From: an uncultured Dehalococcoidia bacterium
GTDB taxonomy: Bacteria; Chloroflexota; Dehalococcoidia; Lucifugimonadales; UBA3495
Assembly: GCA_950072105.1 (NCBI GenBank)
Contig: CATMOE010000027.1
Span: 1-48,226, forward strand
Direction of reading: 5' to 3'
Length of the DNA stretch: 48,226 nt
Positions 28,261 through 38,695 of the stretch are shown here, in pieces (position 1 is the stretch's first letter; each line of letters starts with the position of its first letter). Position numbers and translations under genes: made by a program. The notes beneath the pieces are model-generated. The model did no database searches. It had not been told where the DNA came from and saw only the letters and a program-made list of their open reading frames with translations.

Positions 28261-29343
28261 TTAGCCCGCCAGGGTTTCAGCCAAGAGCTTTTCTTGTTCC
28301 CAGATAACCAGGGAGTCGATCAATTCGTCCAGTTCACCATCCATTATCCGGGGAATGCCGTGGAAACTAGCGCCAACCCGGTGGTCGGTGATTCTGTCCT
28401 GTGGATAGTTATAGGTGCGTATCTTTTCCGAGCGGTCGGCGTTACCCACTTGGGCCCGGCGGGTTTCGCTCCTCTCGGCAATGATTTTTTCTTGCTCGGC
28501 ATCGTATAGCTTGGCCCGGAGCATGGCCATGGCCTTAGTTTTGTTTTTGTACTGTGACCGTTCGTCCTGACATATCACTGTCAGACCGGTGGGCTCGTAA
28601 ACTATGCGCACCGCAGTGGCGACTTTGTTAACGTTTTGGCCGCCGTGTCCGCCGGCGTGGAAAATATCGATGCGCAGGTCGTCGGCACTGATCTTGATGT
28701 CCACTTCGTCCGCACGGGCTAGGACGGCCACGGTGGCTGTTGAAGTATGGATGCGGCCTTGAGCCTCGGTATCGGGAACTCTTTGCACCCGGTGAACGCC
28801 CCTTTCGTATTTCAGGCGTCTGAAAGCGCCTTTGCCCTGTATCTCAAAGACTATTTTGTTGAGCCCGCCCAGGTCCGAAGGGTTGGAGTCCATTACATCA
28901 ACTTGCCAGTGGTGCAACTGGGCATAGCGGGTATAGGCACGGTAGAGGTCGCTGGCAAAGAGGCTGGCCTCATTGCCGCCGGCGCCGGAACGGATCTCTA
29001 CTATGACGTCCCGGTCATCATTGGGATCTTTGGGCAAGAGGGCTATCTTTAACTCTTCGGCCAACTGATCGATCTGCTTTCCCGTCTCTTCGAGCTCATC
29101 CTTGGCCATCTTGGTCAACTCGGCGTCGCCGCCTTCTTGAAGCAGGGAGTTCAGGTCCTCCTGCTCGTCGGCCAGTTTTCGGTGGCGGTGAGCGATGACC
29201 ACCAGGATCTCTAACGAAGCGCGCTCCCGGGCAAGGGTCTGTACCTGTTCGAAGTCAGTGGCAACTTCAGGACGGCCCATCGCTTCTTCAATCTCGCTGT
29301 AGCGAGTGAGGACCGCATCTAATTTGTCGAATATTGACGGCAT
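28261..29343 (-). CDS. prfA: Peptide chain release factor 1
   Basis: GGQ motif, PxT (PDT) motif, RIHTS and IRTYNYPQ. Confidence 0.96.
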   Translation of the reverse strand: MPSIFDKLDAVLTRYSEIEEAMGRPEVATDFEQVQTLARERASLEILVVIAHRHRKLADEQEDLNSLLQEGGDAELTKMAKDELEETGKQIDQLAEELKIALLPKDPNDDRDVIVEIRSGAGGNEASLFASDLYRAYTRYAQLHHWQVDVMDSNPSDLGGLNKIVFEIQGKGAFRRLKYERGVHRVQRVPDTEAQGRIHTSTATVAVLARADEVDIKISADDLRIDIFHAGGHGGQNVNKVATAVRIVYEPTGLTVICQDERSQYKNKTKAMAMLRAKLYDAEQEKIIAERSETRRAQVGNADRSEKIRTYNYPQDRITDHRVGASFHGIPRIMDGELDELIDSLVIWEQEKLLAETLAG

Positions 29344-29616
29344 CCCGATTCCTGGTTAGTGATTGATGGCAGACACTGGTGGCGCAAAGCGGCGCCGGTC
29401 TGCGAATTCTGACTATTCGATTACAGTTTATCCCAATTAAATCGGTCTAACAAGGGAAATTACGTAGCACCAACGCCGAGTTAAGATGCTCCCGTCAATG
29501 GACCGGTGACAACGGGCCCATTCGAGCTGTTCTAACACAGTAGTGTAGGATTGGAACCAAGGTTTTGTCTCACAGTGCGCCAAGGCAAGCCTGACTGTTC
29601 TTGCTTGGTGGTTTAA

Positions 29617-30971
29617 ATGCAAAGGTTTCGTCTACAAATCTGTTGGTTCATTATAACTGTGTTGGCCTTCGGATCAGCAGGCTGCAATGGCGATTCAGCC
29701 ATAGGGGTTACAGACATCCCAGAACCTACGATGATTCCCTCTCAAATGGCAGAGCCCAATGCAGTCTCGACCCGCCAGCCATCGGAAATTAGGCTCGGAT
29801 ACACCTACCAGCGCTCCGACGGAAACCGGTATTTGCCTGGACGAGGCAGCTTGCCAGAAGTCGCGCCATTTCACATTCCGCTGGGAGGCAGGCCAATATG
29901 GCTGGTAGCCGCGCCGGCTGGTTATGCCAATATTTGGGTAGCTGTTTTGGAAGATGGGTCGGTTCAGGCATTTTCCATCGCCGACGATCAGGTACAAGAC
30001 CATCCGATCACTCCCGGAAAACTCCAACCGGGGATGCCCCCGCTTTTGATGCTAACGGACGGCGGCGCAACCATGGTCTCTAGCCTGGACGCCAACTCAT
30101 CTAATCTCACGTCTCCGGTGTTGCTCCAACCATCCGGAAATATGGCGTATATCCGGTCTAACGGAGACCTGGTTGTGAGAATAGGCGGCCGATCCACCGT
30201 CTTACCATTGAATGCCCTCCCCGATGCCAGATTGCTAACCGACGAGGATGAGCGATTGCTACTCCTTACCGGTGCTACCGGGAATTATTCTCACGGAGTG
30301 TGGGGGACAGGATCGAAGCGCAGAGTGTGACTATGGTAAGTACGAAGCCGGGGGTGCAGGTTGTCTGGACTGCGCCTTTGCCAGACGGGGACGTAGTGGA
30401 GGGTATATCGCCCATCTGGACCGATCTGGACGGAGACGGCACTCGGGAAATCCTGATCACGGTTAGCAACTCGCGCGTGGGCGCGCGCCTGGTTATTCTC
30501 AACGATGCGGGAGACCCGGTGGCGTTCGGACCTGCAGTTGGCCGCGGCTCCCCTTGGAGACACCAGTTGGCAGCGGCCCCCTTCGGTACGTCGAGCGAAT
30601 TGGAAGTTGTCGATGTGGTTACACCCCACATCGGCGGGACCGTGGAGTTTTACCGTTTGGAAGAAGATAGCCTTCGCGTGGTGGCCAGCGTCCCGGGATT
30701 CAGTACCCACGCTATCGGCTCTAGGAACTTGAATATGGCGGTGGCAGGTGACTTTGACGGCGACGGGCGGATTGAACTACTGGTTCCGAACCAAGCCATG
30801 GATGAGATCGGAGGCATCAGACGTACCGAAGAGGGAGCCGAGATTGCCTGGACTTTGCCGATCGACGGCAAGGTCAGCACCAACTTGGCTGCGGTGTCTT
30901 CTGACTCGGGTGGTTTAACGCTTGGAGTAGGGCGGGACGATGGCGTACTTCTTGTCTGGCCGGCGCCTTAA
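29617..30971 (+). pseudogene. Frameshifted putative lipoprotein with FG-GAP-like (DxDGDG) repeats
   Basis: ORF 29617-30330 (lipobox SAGC) and ORF 30300-30971 (DLDGDG, DFDGDG) join if one base is restored near 30300, giving HGV-L-GDRIEA. Confidence 0.65.
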
Positions 30972-31720
30972 CCGGTTGCTGGGGATGTAGACCCCAGTTC
31001 CATCTTGGGCTTCTCTCCCCAATGCAAAGTCACGGCGCCGAAACCCAGACGGCGGTAAGACACGCCGGTTAATCCCAAGTCTTGGAATCGCCCGGCCAGC
31101 GTCCCGGCATCGATAAAGTGATCAACGGATTGAGGCAAATAGGTGTAAGCGGCGCGGTCTCGCGCGATCAATTTGCCCAGAATCGGCACCAGGCCCTGGG
31201 TGTAGATCCGCATCAGGGCAGACAACCCGCCGGGCCGCATGGGCGTCAATTCCAGCGTGCTGACCCGCCCGCCAGGCCGCACCACCCGCACCATTTCGGA
31301 CAGGGCTTGGTCCAGGTTCGACATGTTACGGAGGCTGAAACCGGCGGTGGCGCAGGCGAAGCTGTCGTTGGGAAAGGGTAAAGCATGGGCATCGCCCAGG
31401 ACGAATGTGACCTTTTGCGCCGGGTCCTTTGACCTTCCCTTTTCCCGCGCCAGGGAAACCATTTGGGGCAACACGTCAACTCCGACGGCGGCGTCGATGC
31501 CGGGGCAACGGGCTAGCGAGAAGGCTAAGTCCCCGGTGCCGGTGGCCACGTCCAGTGCTTTGCCGGTCAGGCCCCCGGTGGTGAGCCGAGCTGTTTTCTC
31601 CTTCCAGCGCAGGTGCAGGCCGCCGGTCATCAGGGTGTTCATCAAGTCGTAACGCCCCGATATCCGGGCAAACATCTCCGATACGTAGCGTTGTTTATCT
31701 TGGCCCTTCAGCTCCGCCAT
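30968..31720 (-). CDS. menG: Demethylmenaquinone methyltransferase (MenG/UbiE)
   Basis: MFARISGRYDLMN, LDVATGTGD and FSLRN motifs. Confidence 0.9.
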   Translation of the reverse strand: MAELKGQDKQRYVSEMFARISGRYDLMNTLMTGGLHLRWKEKTARLTTGGLTGKALDVATGTGDLAFSLARCPGIDAAVGVDVLPQMVSLAREKGRSKDPAQKVTFVLGDAHALPFPNDSFACATAGFSLRNMSNLDQALSEMVRVVRPGGRVSTLELTPMRPGGLSALMRIYTQGLVPILGKLIARDRAAYTYLPQSVDHFIDAGTLAGRFQDLGLTGVSYRRLGFGAVTLHWGEKPKMELGSTSPATG

Positions 31721-31751
31721 TCGATCAAGCCAGCATCATTCGCTATTCGCA

Positions 31752-32339
31752 TCAACAAGCACTCTCCTGGTATTGAAGGTCATCTGGCAGGGCTTGGTCC
31801 AGATTCAACGCTACCATGATCCGGCCGACTATGAACCGCACCACGTCTTCTACGCTCTGAGGCTTTAGATAGAAGGCCGGTTCGGGGGGTAAGACCACCG
31901 CTCCCATTCGAGCCAATTTGAGCATGTTTTCCAGATGGATACTGTGCAGAGGAGACTCCCGGGGAACCAGAACCAGGCGCCGGTTCTCTTTAAGACATAC
32001 GTCGGCGGCTCTCAATAAAAGGTTGCTCGACAGTCCGTTGGCAACTGAGGCGATACTGTTCATGCTGGCGGGTACCATCACCATGCCGCTGGTGGGGTAT
32101 GTACCGCTGGCAATGGGCGCCCGGAGGTCGTTTATCGGGTAGAAGGTGAACTTGGGATGTTCTTGCCAGACGGCCAGAGTTTCGGTGAACGATACGTCCA
32201 GCTCTTCTTGCCAAACCAAACGGCCGGCGTTGGAACAGACCAGCGCCGTGGGTGTATCCCGGCGAAGGAGCTCCTCCACCGTCGCCAGGGCCATCATCGA
32301 CCCGCTGGCGCCGGAGATCCCCACCACCACCGGGTTCAT
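31752..32339 (-). CDS. ubiX: Flavin prenyltransferase UbiX
   Basis: VGISGASG, APIASG, RAADVCLKE, PRESP and PAFY; start reset to ATG 32339. Confidence 0.93.
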   Translation of the reverse strand: MNPVVVGISGASGSMMALATVEELLRRDTPTALVCSNAGRLVWQEELDVSFTETLAVWQEHPKFTFYPINDLRAPIASGTYPTSGMVMVPASMNSIASVANGLSSNLLLRAADVCLKENRRLVLVPRESPLHSIHLENMLKLARMGAVVLPPEPAFYLKPQSVEDVVRFIVGRIMVALNLDQALPDDLQYQESAC

Positions 32340-32408
32340 AGCAACCCCCGGCAAGGTTGTAGCCCGATGCATTGAATGGTGTTTTGCCGTTCGACCGATC
32401 CAGACACC

Positions 32409-33287
32409 CTACACCACCAGAGCCAGGATGGTAAAACCCAGATGCAACATGGACACCCCGCTGTTGTATTTGAAAAAGGGCGCGTTGAGCTTGGATAGAT
32501 CGTCTGGTTTTAGAAAACCGCTTTCAAAGACCAACAGACTCACCGCGAAAGCCCATCCGATGTAGTAGAAGTAGTTCAGACCCATCCAGAGCCCAAGGGC
32601 CAGCATGGAGACGGCCGAGAGGAAGTGCAGCCCCCTGGTGATGCGAAATGCGTTCTTGAATCCAAACCGGCGGGGGATGGAGTGGATGCCGTATTTGCCG
32701 TCGAACTCATAATCGCTACAGGTGTAGAGGATGTCGAATCCGCCCGCCCAGGTTGCCACGGCGAACGCTAGCAGTACCGCCTGAGGTTCCAGGGTCCCGG
32801 TCACGGCGACCCAGGCTCCGATGGGAGCGATGGCCAGGGACCAGCCCAGCAGCAGGTTGCAAGTCCAGGTGTGATACTTGGCGTAGGAGTATAGGACAAC
32901 GTAAACCGCCGCCACCGGCGCCAAAGCGAACGCCAGAGGGTTTAGCTGCGAGGCGGCGAATAAGAAGACTCCCAAACCCACCGCCGCCATCAGCGCAACT
33001 TCCCAAGGCTTGAGCAATCTTTTCGGTAAGTGCCGGTTGGCGGTTCGCGGGTTTGCCGCGTCCTCCTTGCGGTGGATGTAACGGTTGGCCGACATCGCCA
33101 ATGTGCGCGCGCCGGCCATGGCCAGGGTGATCCATATAAACGTGCTCAGCCGAGGCCAACCGCCGGCGGCCAGCACCATTCCCATGTAGGCAAAGGGTAA
33201 GGCGAATAACGACTCCCAAACCCTTATGGAAGCCAGATAGTAAGGGATCCTGGTGAGCGCCCGTGCGGGTAAGGCAGCTACAGTCAT
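32409..33287 (-). CDS. mqnP: UbiA-family polyprenyltransferase (MqnP-like)
   Basis: FALPFAY, NPRTANRHLP and GGFDILY motifs; inside the ubiD/ubiX cluster. Confidence 0.82.
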   Translation of the reverse strand: MTVAALPARALTRIPYYLASIRVWESLFALPFAYMGMVLAAGGWPRLSTFIWITLAMAGARTLAMSANRYIHRKEDAANPRTANRHLPKRLLKPWEVALMAAVGLGVFLFAASQLNPLAFALAPVAAVYVVLYSYAKYHTWTCNLLLGWSLAIAPIGAWVAVTGTLEPQAVLLAFAVATWAGGFDILYTCSDYEFDGKYGIHSIPRRFGFKNAFRITRGLHFLSAVSMLALGLWMGLNYFYYIGWAFAVSLLVFESGFLKPDDLSKLNAPFFKYNSGVSMLHLGFTILALVV

Positions 33288-33294
33288 AACGTGT

Positions 33295-34752
33295 TCACTG
33301 GATGCCGTAGTCTTGCCATTTTCCGTCCACCAAGTCTTTGATCTCCTGGGTCATGATGATGTCCGGCGGCCATTCCCTCTGACGACCTTCCTCGGGACCC
33401 TTCTGGGTGGCGTCGATCCCAACCTTGCCGCCGAACTTGGGGGTCGACGACGCGACGTCCAAATCGTCCAAAGGACCGCTGGTTATCATGATATCCCGGG
33501 AGGGGTCGATGTTGTTGGCCACCCGCCAGGCAAGCTCGGAAGGGTTTTGCACGTCAACAAAATGGTCCACGACAATGATGATTTTGGCCAAGCTCATTAG
33601 ACCCAAGCCCCACAGGCCATGCATCACCTTTCTGGCCTGCCCCGGATACTCCTTCTTGATGGAAACCAGCACCAGATTGTGAAATATTCCCTCCGCCGGC
33701 ATGTTCATGTCAACCACTTCCGGCAAGATCAACTTGATCGCCGGAAGGAATAACCGCTCGGTTACCTTTCCCATCCAATAATCCTCCATGGGAGGACGCC
33801 CCACGATTATGGCGGGATAGATGGGGTTGCGCCGCCGGGTGATGCACTCCACGTGGAATACCGGATATTCGTCCTCCATGGAGTAGTAGCCGGTGTGATC
33901 GCCAAAGGGTCCTTCAACCCGTTCTTCGCCGGGGACCACGTATCCTTCAAGCACGATTTCCGATTGGGCCGGCACCAGCAGGTCCGAAGTTTGGGCTTTG
34001 ACCAAGTCTACGCCGTCTTCCCGGATAAATCCGGCCACGGCCATCTCGTCCATATCCGGCGGCAGCGGCGCCGAGCCGGTCCAGATCGTGGCGGGGTCGC
34101 CCCCTAGAGCCACCGCCACGTCCATCCGTGTTATCCCCTTTTCCTGGTTGATACGGTAATGGCGAGTGCCTACTTTGTGCGTCTGCCAATGCATCCCGGT
34201 GGTCTTGTTGTCGAACACTTGCATCCGGTAGGTGCCGTAGTTCTGTATCCCGGTCTCCGGGTCCCGGCTGATCACCAAAGGAAGGGTGATGTATCGCCCG
34301 CCATCCATTGGCCAGCACTTGATGATGGGAAGCTGGAAAAGGTCAACGTCGCCATCCTTGAGCACCACTTCCTGGCAGGGAGCCCGACTGACAGTCTTAG
34401 GTTGGAACGAGCCTAAATGAACCAATTGGCCCAGCGTCCGCATCTTGTTCAACAACCCCTCGGGAGGACCGTGGATCAGCCCAAGCAGACCCTGGAACCG
34501 GTCCACCAGTTCATCAAGATGCTCCACTCCCAAGGCCCAGGCCATGCGCTTTTCCGAGCCGTACATGTTGATCAGCACCGGAATGTCATAACCGGTGACA
34601 TTTTCAAACAACAGGGCGGGGCCGCCCTGCTTTACCATCCGATCGGCGATCTCGGAGATTTCCAGATCCCAACTCACGGGAGTAGTTATCCGGCGCAGCT
34701 CTCCTTTGTTTTCCAGGAAGGCGATGAATTCCCGCAGGTCCTTGAATTTCAT
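33295..34752 (-). CDS. ubiD: UbiD-family prFMN decarboxylase (menaquinone biosynthesis)
   Basis: DLREFI, GTYRMQ, EGPFGDHTGYY and GRPPMED motifs. Confidence 0.93.
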   Translation of the reverse strand: MKFKDLREFIAFLENKGELRRITTPVSWDLEISEIADRMVKQGGPALLFENVTGYDIPVLINMYGSEKRMAWALGVEHLDELVDRFQGLLGLIHGPPEGLLNKMRTLGQLVHLGSFQPKTVSRAPCQEVVLKDGDVDLFQLPIIKCWPMDGGRYITLPLVISRDPETGIQNYGTYRMQVFDNKTTGMHWQTHKVGTRHYRINQEKGITRMDVAVALGGDPATIWTGSAPLPPDMDEMAVAGFIREDGVDLVKAQTSDLLVPAQSEIVLEGYVVPGEERVEGPFGDHTGYYSMEDEYPVFHVECITRRRNPIYPAIIVGRPPMEDYWMGKVTERLFLPAIKLILPEVVDMNMPAEGIFHNLVLVSIKKEYPGQARKVMHGLWGLGLMSLAKIIIVVDHFVDVQNPSELAWRVANNIDPSRDIMITSGPLDDLDVASSTPKFGGKVGIDATQKGPEEGRQREWPPDIIMTQEIKDLVDGKWQDYGIQ

Positions 34753-34968
34753 ATGTCCACTATGTCCAGCGGCATGGAGATTGGCCGTCCCAGATAAAAA
34801 GCCGCAGCCGCCATTATATAAGTTCTCAAGCCGGTAGGCGCGGATGTCAGATAACCGATCCCGCTGGGAACGAAAAAATAAAGCATGGGGACAGTACCAC
34901 CGTTGAATAATGCCGGAGCGGGTAACGCCGGGTCGGAAAGAGGCTGCAAAACGAGGAGTTGGACCGAC

Positions 34969-35001
34969 TCTAACCCTTCTTGGACAGTCCGGAAGAGGTT
35001 A
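34969..35001. terminator. Hairpin downstream of the zinc-ribbon gene, possible terminator
   Basis: CTAACC-CTTC...GAAG-AGGTTAG inverted repeat; no clear U tract. Confidence 0.35.
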
Positions 35002-35017
35002 GCTCAGACTGGGACCT

Positions 35018-35329
35018 TCACAAGCCGGAAGGCTCGGCGCTCATTTTACTGAAGCAGTCACTGCAGTAAACGGGGCGGTCACCCGTCGGCCGGAATGGGA
35101 CCATGGCATCGTTACCGCACTCGGCGCAGTTAATCGGATACATCTCTCGAGGCGTCTCTTGGTACGTGCCGCCGCCCCTTTGCTCGGTCCGGCGGACCGC
35201 ACGGCAACTCCGGCACCGCTTTGGCTCGTTGGCAAAACCTCGTGAGTTGAAGAACTCCTGCTCGCCGGCGGTAAATATGAATTCCGCACCGCATTCCACA
35301 CACACTAAGGTTTTGTCCGACAGCGCCAC
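35018..35329 (-). CDS. Zinc-ribbon domain protein (two CxxC...CxxC modules)
   Basis: CVEC...PKRCRSC and CAEC...PVYCSDC; AGGAGG RBS and GTG start. Confidence 0.9.
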   Translation of the reverse strand: MALSDKTLVCVECGAEFIFTAGEQEFFNSRGFANEPKRCRSCRAVRRTEQRGGGTYQETPREMYPINCAECGNDAMVPFRPTGDRPVYCSDCFSKMSAEPSGL

Positions 35330-35447
35330 TGGTTCTCCTCCTTGTCGTCAACGCCTAGCGATGAGCTCGCCTAGGCGCTTCAAGTAAAAGCCCTCTAAAA
35401 AACAGCCGAATACCACCTTGGATAGCTTGGGCTTCGTCCCGGCAAAT

Positions 35448-35475
35448 ATTATACTGACTGTTTGCTGGATTTCAA
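35448..35475 (-). promoter_or_regulatory. Sigma70-type promoter for the zinc-ribbon gene
   Basis: Minus strand TTGAAA-16 nt-TATAAT. Confidence 0.55.
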
Positions 35476-35788
35476 CCTTTTACCTAGATTCGTTCCGAAT
35501 AACTACTCTACCTTGCCTACAATGGATGACGGGTTATTGTGGTTTGTCCCATATTTGTTGCGCGAGTAGAATAATCCACTACATCTGCTACCGGGATACT
35601 GTCTATTTGATCAAGTAAATCGGCTGTTAGCATTGTGAGGCAGATCTGATCAAGGTCTGGGAAACTTGGTTACTTCTCTGAAGACGATGATATGCCGTTG
35701 ATTCATCGCAGATTCTGCTATGCGAACGCCGGCGCCGCTAACTTCGGTGGATGGGTCTATGGATGGAAAAACTGAACGGACTGATCCA

Positions 35789-36916
35789 CTACGCCGAGGG
35801 AGACGTCATTTCTTCCTGCACCAGGAAGCACGAAGACGCCTTGAACACCGCCCATATGTTTTGGCCAGGTCTTATGCCCATCTCGGACATGGCCGCTCCG
35901 GTGACCTGTGTCTTTAAGGGGATCCCACAATCAAGAGTAACCTCGTACCCCGGAGGTCGAGGGTCCACGGTGGTTACTGTGCCCGGGAGCCGGTTCCGTG
36001 CCGACGTTCCCCTTGGCTCTTCACTTGCCAGGATGATGTCGGAAGAACGTATCCCAACCGTGATGTTTTCTCTTTGCCGCGGCCCATCGCTTTGATCGGA
36101 TGGGGCGGCGTCCAATGGAACTTCAAGTTTTACACCGCCGCCGATGCAGATCATCGTGCCGTCCTGCGGGTTGCGGCTCTCGACCGTCATCGTCAACAGA
36201 TTTTCCACCCCTGCTAATCTGGCGACTCGACCGCGGCCGGGTTGCCCCAACACCTGGAGGGGCTCGCCCTGGTCCACGATCCTTCCGCCGTCGATAACCT
36301 GGACGGAATCACCAAGGGCCAGGGCCTCTTCCCGGTCGTGGGTTACCAGCATTACTGGGATGGGCGAGTCAACGAGCATGGCGCGGAGCTCCCGCCGTAA
36401 TTCTCGGCGTAACTCGTTGTCCAGGGAAGCGAAAGGCTCATCCAACAGCAGGAGTTGGGGGGTAGTGGCCAAGGCCCGGGCCAGTGCGACGCGCTGCTGC
36501 TGTCCACCGGATAGCTGCCAGGTATAGCGGTCTTCCAAGCCTTCCAATCGCAACATTTTCGCCAATCGTTCGACTGTCCCACGTGCGTCCGGTTGCCGGC
36601 GGTCAGGCAACCCATAAGCGATGTTTCCCGCCACGTTCAAATGGGGAAACAAATGATATTGCTGGGTAAGGTAGCCAACCTGTCTCCGGTGTACCGGAAC
36701 CGATATGTGGCCGGCGCTGTCGTACACCACCCGGCCTCCCAACTCCACCCGGCCTTCCTCGGGGCGAACCAATCCAGCTATGCCCCTCAGGGTGGTGGTT
36801 TTACCCGCGCCGGACGGGCCGAAAAGAACCAGCACTTCCCCTTCTTCGATATGCCAATCGGCCTCCAAAGAGAATCCACCAACCCGGCATTTCAGCCAGC
36901 CTATGCTTACGGGCAT
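35789..36916 (-). CDS. modC: Molybdate/tungstate ABC transporter ATPase with C-terminal TOBE domain
   Basis: GPSGAGKT, LSGGQQQ, LLLDEPF, SARN and FKASS motifs. Confidence 0.88.
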   Translation of the reverse strand: MPVSIGWLKCRVGGFSLEADWHIEEGEVLVLFGPSGAGKTTTLRGIAGLVRPEEGRVELGGRVVYDSAGHISVPVHRRQVGYLTQQYHLFPHLNVAGNIAYGLPDRRQPDARGTVERLAKMLRLEGLEDRYTWQLSGGQQQRVALARALATTPQLLLLDEPFASLDNELRRELRRELRAMLVDSPIPVMLVTHDREEALALGDSVQVIDGGRIVDQGEPLQVLGQPGRGRVARLAGVENLLTMTVESRNPQDGTMICIGGGVKLEVPLDAAPSDQSDGPRQRENITVGIRSSDIILASEEPRGTSARNRLPGTVTTVDPRPPGYEVTLDCGIPLKTQVTGAAMSEMGIRPGQNIWAVFKASSCFLVQEEMTSPSA

Positions 36917-36934
36917 GGTGGTTTCCAGAGGGAT

Positions 36935-36972
36935 GGGGAAATCCCTCTAAATCCCCCTTTACGAAAGGGGGG
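36935..36972. repeat. Palindromic repeat, family A, in the modB-modC spacer
   Basis: GGGGAAATCCCTCTAAATCCCCCTTTACGAAAGGGGGG. Confidence 0.8.
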
Positions 36973-37007
36973 CTTGGTTGATGATTTGGCTGCTACGACT
37001 TGCATAG

Positions 37008-37841
37008 TCATAGGCGGTTTTGCCATTTGGGGCGGGTGGCCAGGCCTAGACCGATGAGTATCGTTACCGACCCGGCTAGCAATAGTACCGACAGGGCTAG
37101 GGCGGAATCCAGACTGGACTCCATGGCGGTCATGATCGCCAGGGGCATTGTTTGGGTTTTCCCCATGAGATTACCGGCAAACATGATGGTGGCGCCGAAC
37201 TCGGATAGAGAGCGCGCCCAAGCCAGGGCGAAGCCGGTCAGGAGAGAAGGGGCAGCCAAAGGCACGGTTAGCCTCCAGAACGTTCCCCAAGGCGATATCC
37301 CCAAGGTTTGAGAGATGTCCTCGTAATCGCGGGCCACCGATTGAAACCCCAATTTGGCCGACCGGATATAGAATGGGGCGGCCACGAATATCTGCGCGAA
37401 GACCACCGCCCCGGTGGTAAAAGGCAGACTAATGCCCAATGTCTCTAAAACGGGCCCCAAAACGCCCTGACGTCCGAAAGCCATCAGCATCGCGACGCCG
37501 GCCACGACCGGCGGCAAAACGATGGGAAGTTCAATGAGACTGTCCACTATCCTAAGTATCCAGGAGGTGTTGCGGGCCAGCAGATAGGCGAACGGCGTCC
37601 CCACCAGTAGGATGATACCCATGGAGATGCCGCTGGTGATCAAGGATAACCGTAATGCGGTCAACGCCAGGTCACTAACCAGACCAGTCAGGAAGTTTCC
37701 GTGCTGGGCCGCCCGGATCAGTAACGCCAGAACCGGCAAGCCGATGAACAGCAGGTAAATGACCGTGGCGGCAGGGCCGAATATCCCGGCTACCGGCAAT
37801 CCGGGAACTCTCCTCAGTCTAGCCAATCTTGCTCCCATCAT
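37008..37841 (-). CDS. modB: Molybdate ABC transporter permease
   Basis: LPIVLPPVVAG and ARSLSEFGATIMFAGN motifs; ATGA overlap with the modA stop. Confidence 0.92.
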   Translation of the reverse strand: MMGARLARLRRVPGLPVAGIFGPAATVIYLLFIGLPVLALLIRAAQHGNFLTGLVSDLALTALRLSLITSGISMGIILLVGTPFAYLLARNTSWILRIVDSLIELPIVLPPVVAGVAMLMAFGRQGVLGPVLETLGISLPFTTGAVVFAQIFVAAPFYIRSAKLGFQSVARDYEDISQTLGISPWGTFWRLTVPLAAPSLLTGFALAWARSLSEFGATIMFAGNLMGKTQTMPLAIMTAMESSLDSALALSVLLLAGSVTILIGLGLATRPKWQNRL

Positions 37842-38695
37842 CGCTGGTTCGAACCGGATGGGCTCTGGATCTGCGCTGGACGCTTGAAACCGTAGCTTTT
37901 CAAGATCGCCTGGGCTCGTTCTCCTAGAAGAAACCGGGCAAATTCCTTCGCCAGTCCGGGGTTAGCCGCGTCGCGTAGAACGGCGATGGGGTATTCGGCC
38001 GCTATGTTTGAACCCTGGGGTATGGACACCACCTGGACTTTTTCCGCCGCATATTCCGTCGCGGCGTCGGTGCGGTAGACGATACCAGCGTCAACTTCTC
38101 CCAAGGCGACTTTTTGGAGGACGCCTCGTACGTTGGGTTCAAGAGTGACTACATTGTCCATGACCCGCGAAGCATATCCGGGTCCCAGCGCTGGGTATTG
38201 GGTCTCCAGGTTTCGGAACAAGGTCAGAGCGTAGCGGCCTGCCGGAACATCTGGCAAGGCCAGGGCCAACTTAACGCCATCACTCGCCAAGTCTTCTAGT
38301 CTTTGTATGTTGACCGCGCTATTTAACCCTGCCAGCGTGCCAGGCAATGGCACAATAACTACCAGACTATTTCCGGCGAAGGGCGCCGGGTTCCCGGCGA
38401 TCAACCCCGCCTCCACCGCCAGGTCCATCTGGCGCCGGTCGGCGGACGCGAAGACGTCGGCCCTGGCGCCGAAATCCAACTGGGTGCGGAGCCTTTGAGA
38501 CCCGGCAAAGTTGAAAGTTACAGATGCGCCCGGGTGCTCTGCTACGAAAGCATCGGCAATCTCAGGGAAAGCGTTGAATAAAGACGCGGCGGCAAAGACC
38601 GTCAGTTCTCTTGAACCGTTTCCGGAAGCCGCATCGGGTTGATAGGCGCATGCTGCCGTGAGCAGCAGCGCCATAACAACGGGCAAGAGACTCAC
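37838..38695 (-). CDS. modA: Molybdate ABC transporter substrate-binding lipoprotein
   Basis: Lipobox TAAC; VFAAASL, FAGS, ADVFASA, VPAGRY and DAGIVYRTD motifs. Confidence 0.92.
   Translation of the reverse strand: MSLLPVVMALLLTAACAYQPDAASGNGSRELTVFAAASLFNAFPEIADAFVAEHPGASVTFNFAGSQRLRTQLDFGARADVFASADRRQMDLAVEAGLIAGNPAPFAGNSLVVIVPLPGTLAGLNSAVNIQRLEDLASDGVKLALALPDVPAGRYALTLFRNLETQYPALGPGYASRVMDNVVTLEPNVRGVLQKVALGEVDAGIVYRTDAATEYAAEKVQVVSIPQGSNIAAEYPIAVLRDAANPGLAKEFARFLLGERAQAILKSYGFKRPAQIQSPSGSNQR

Noticed and set aside
15981..36972. CRISPR array
   Set aside because: Repeats are dispersed and variable, with no regular repeat-spacer period and no cas genes
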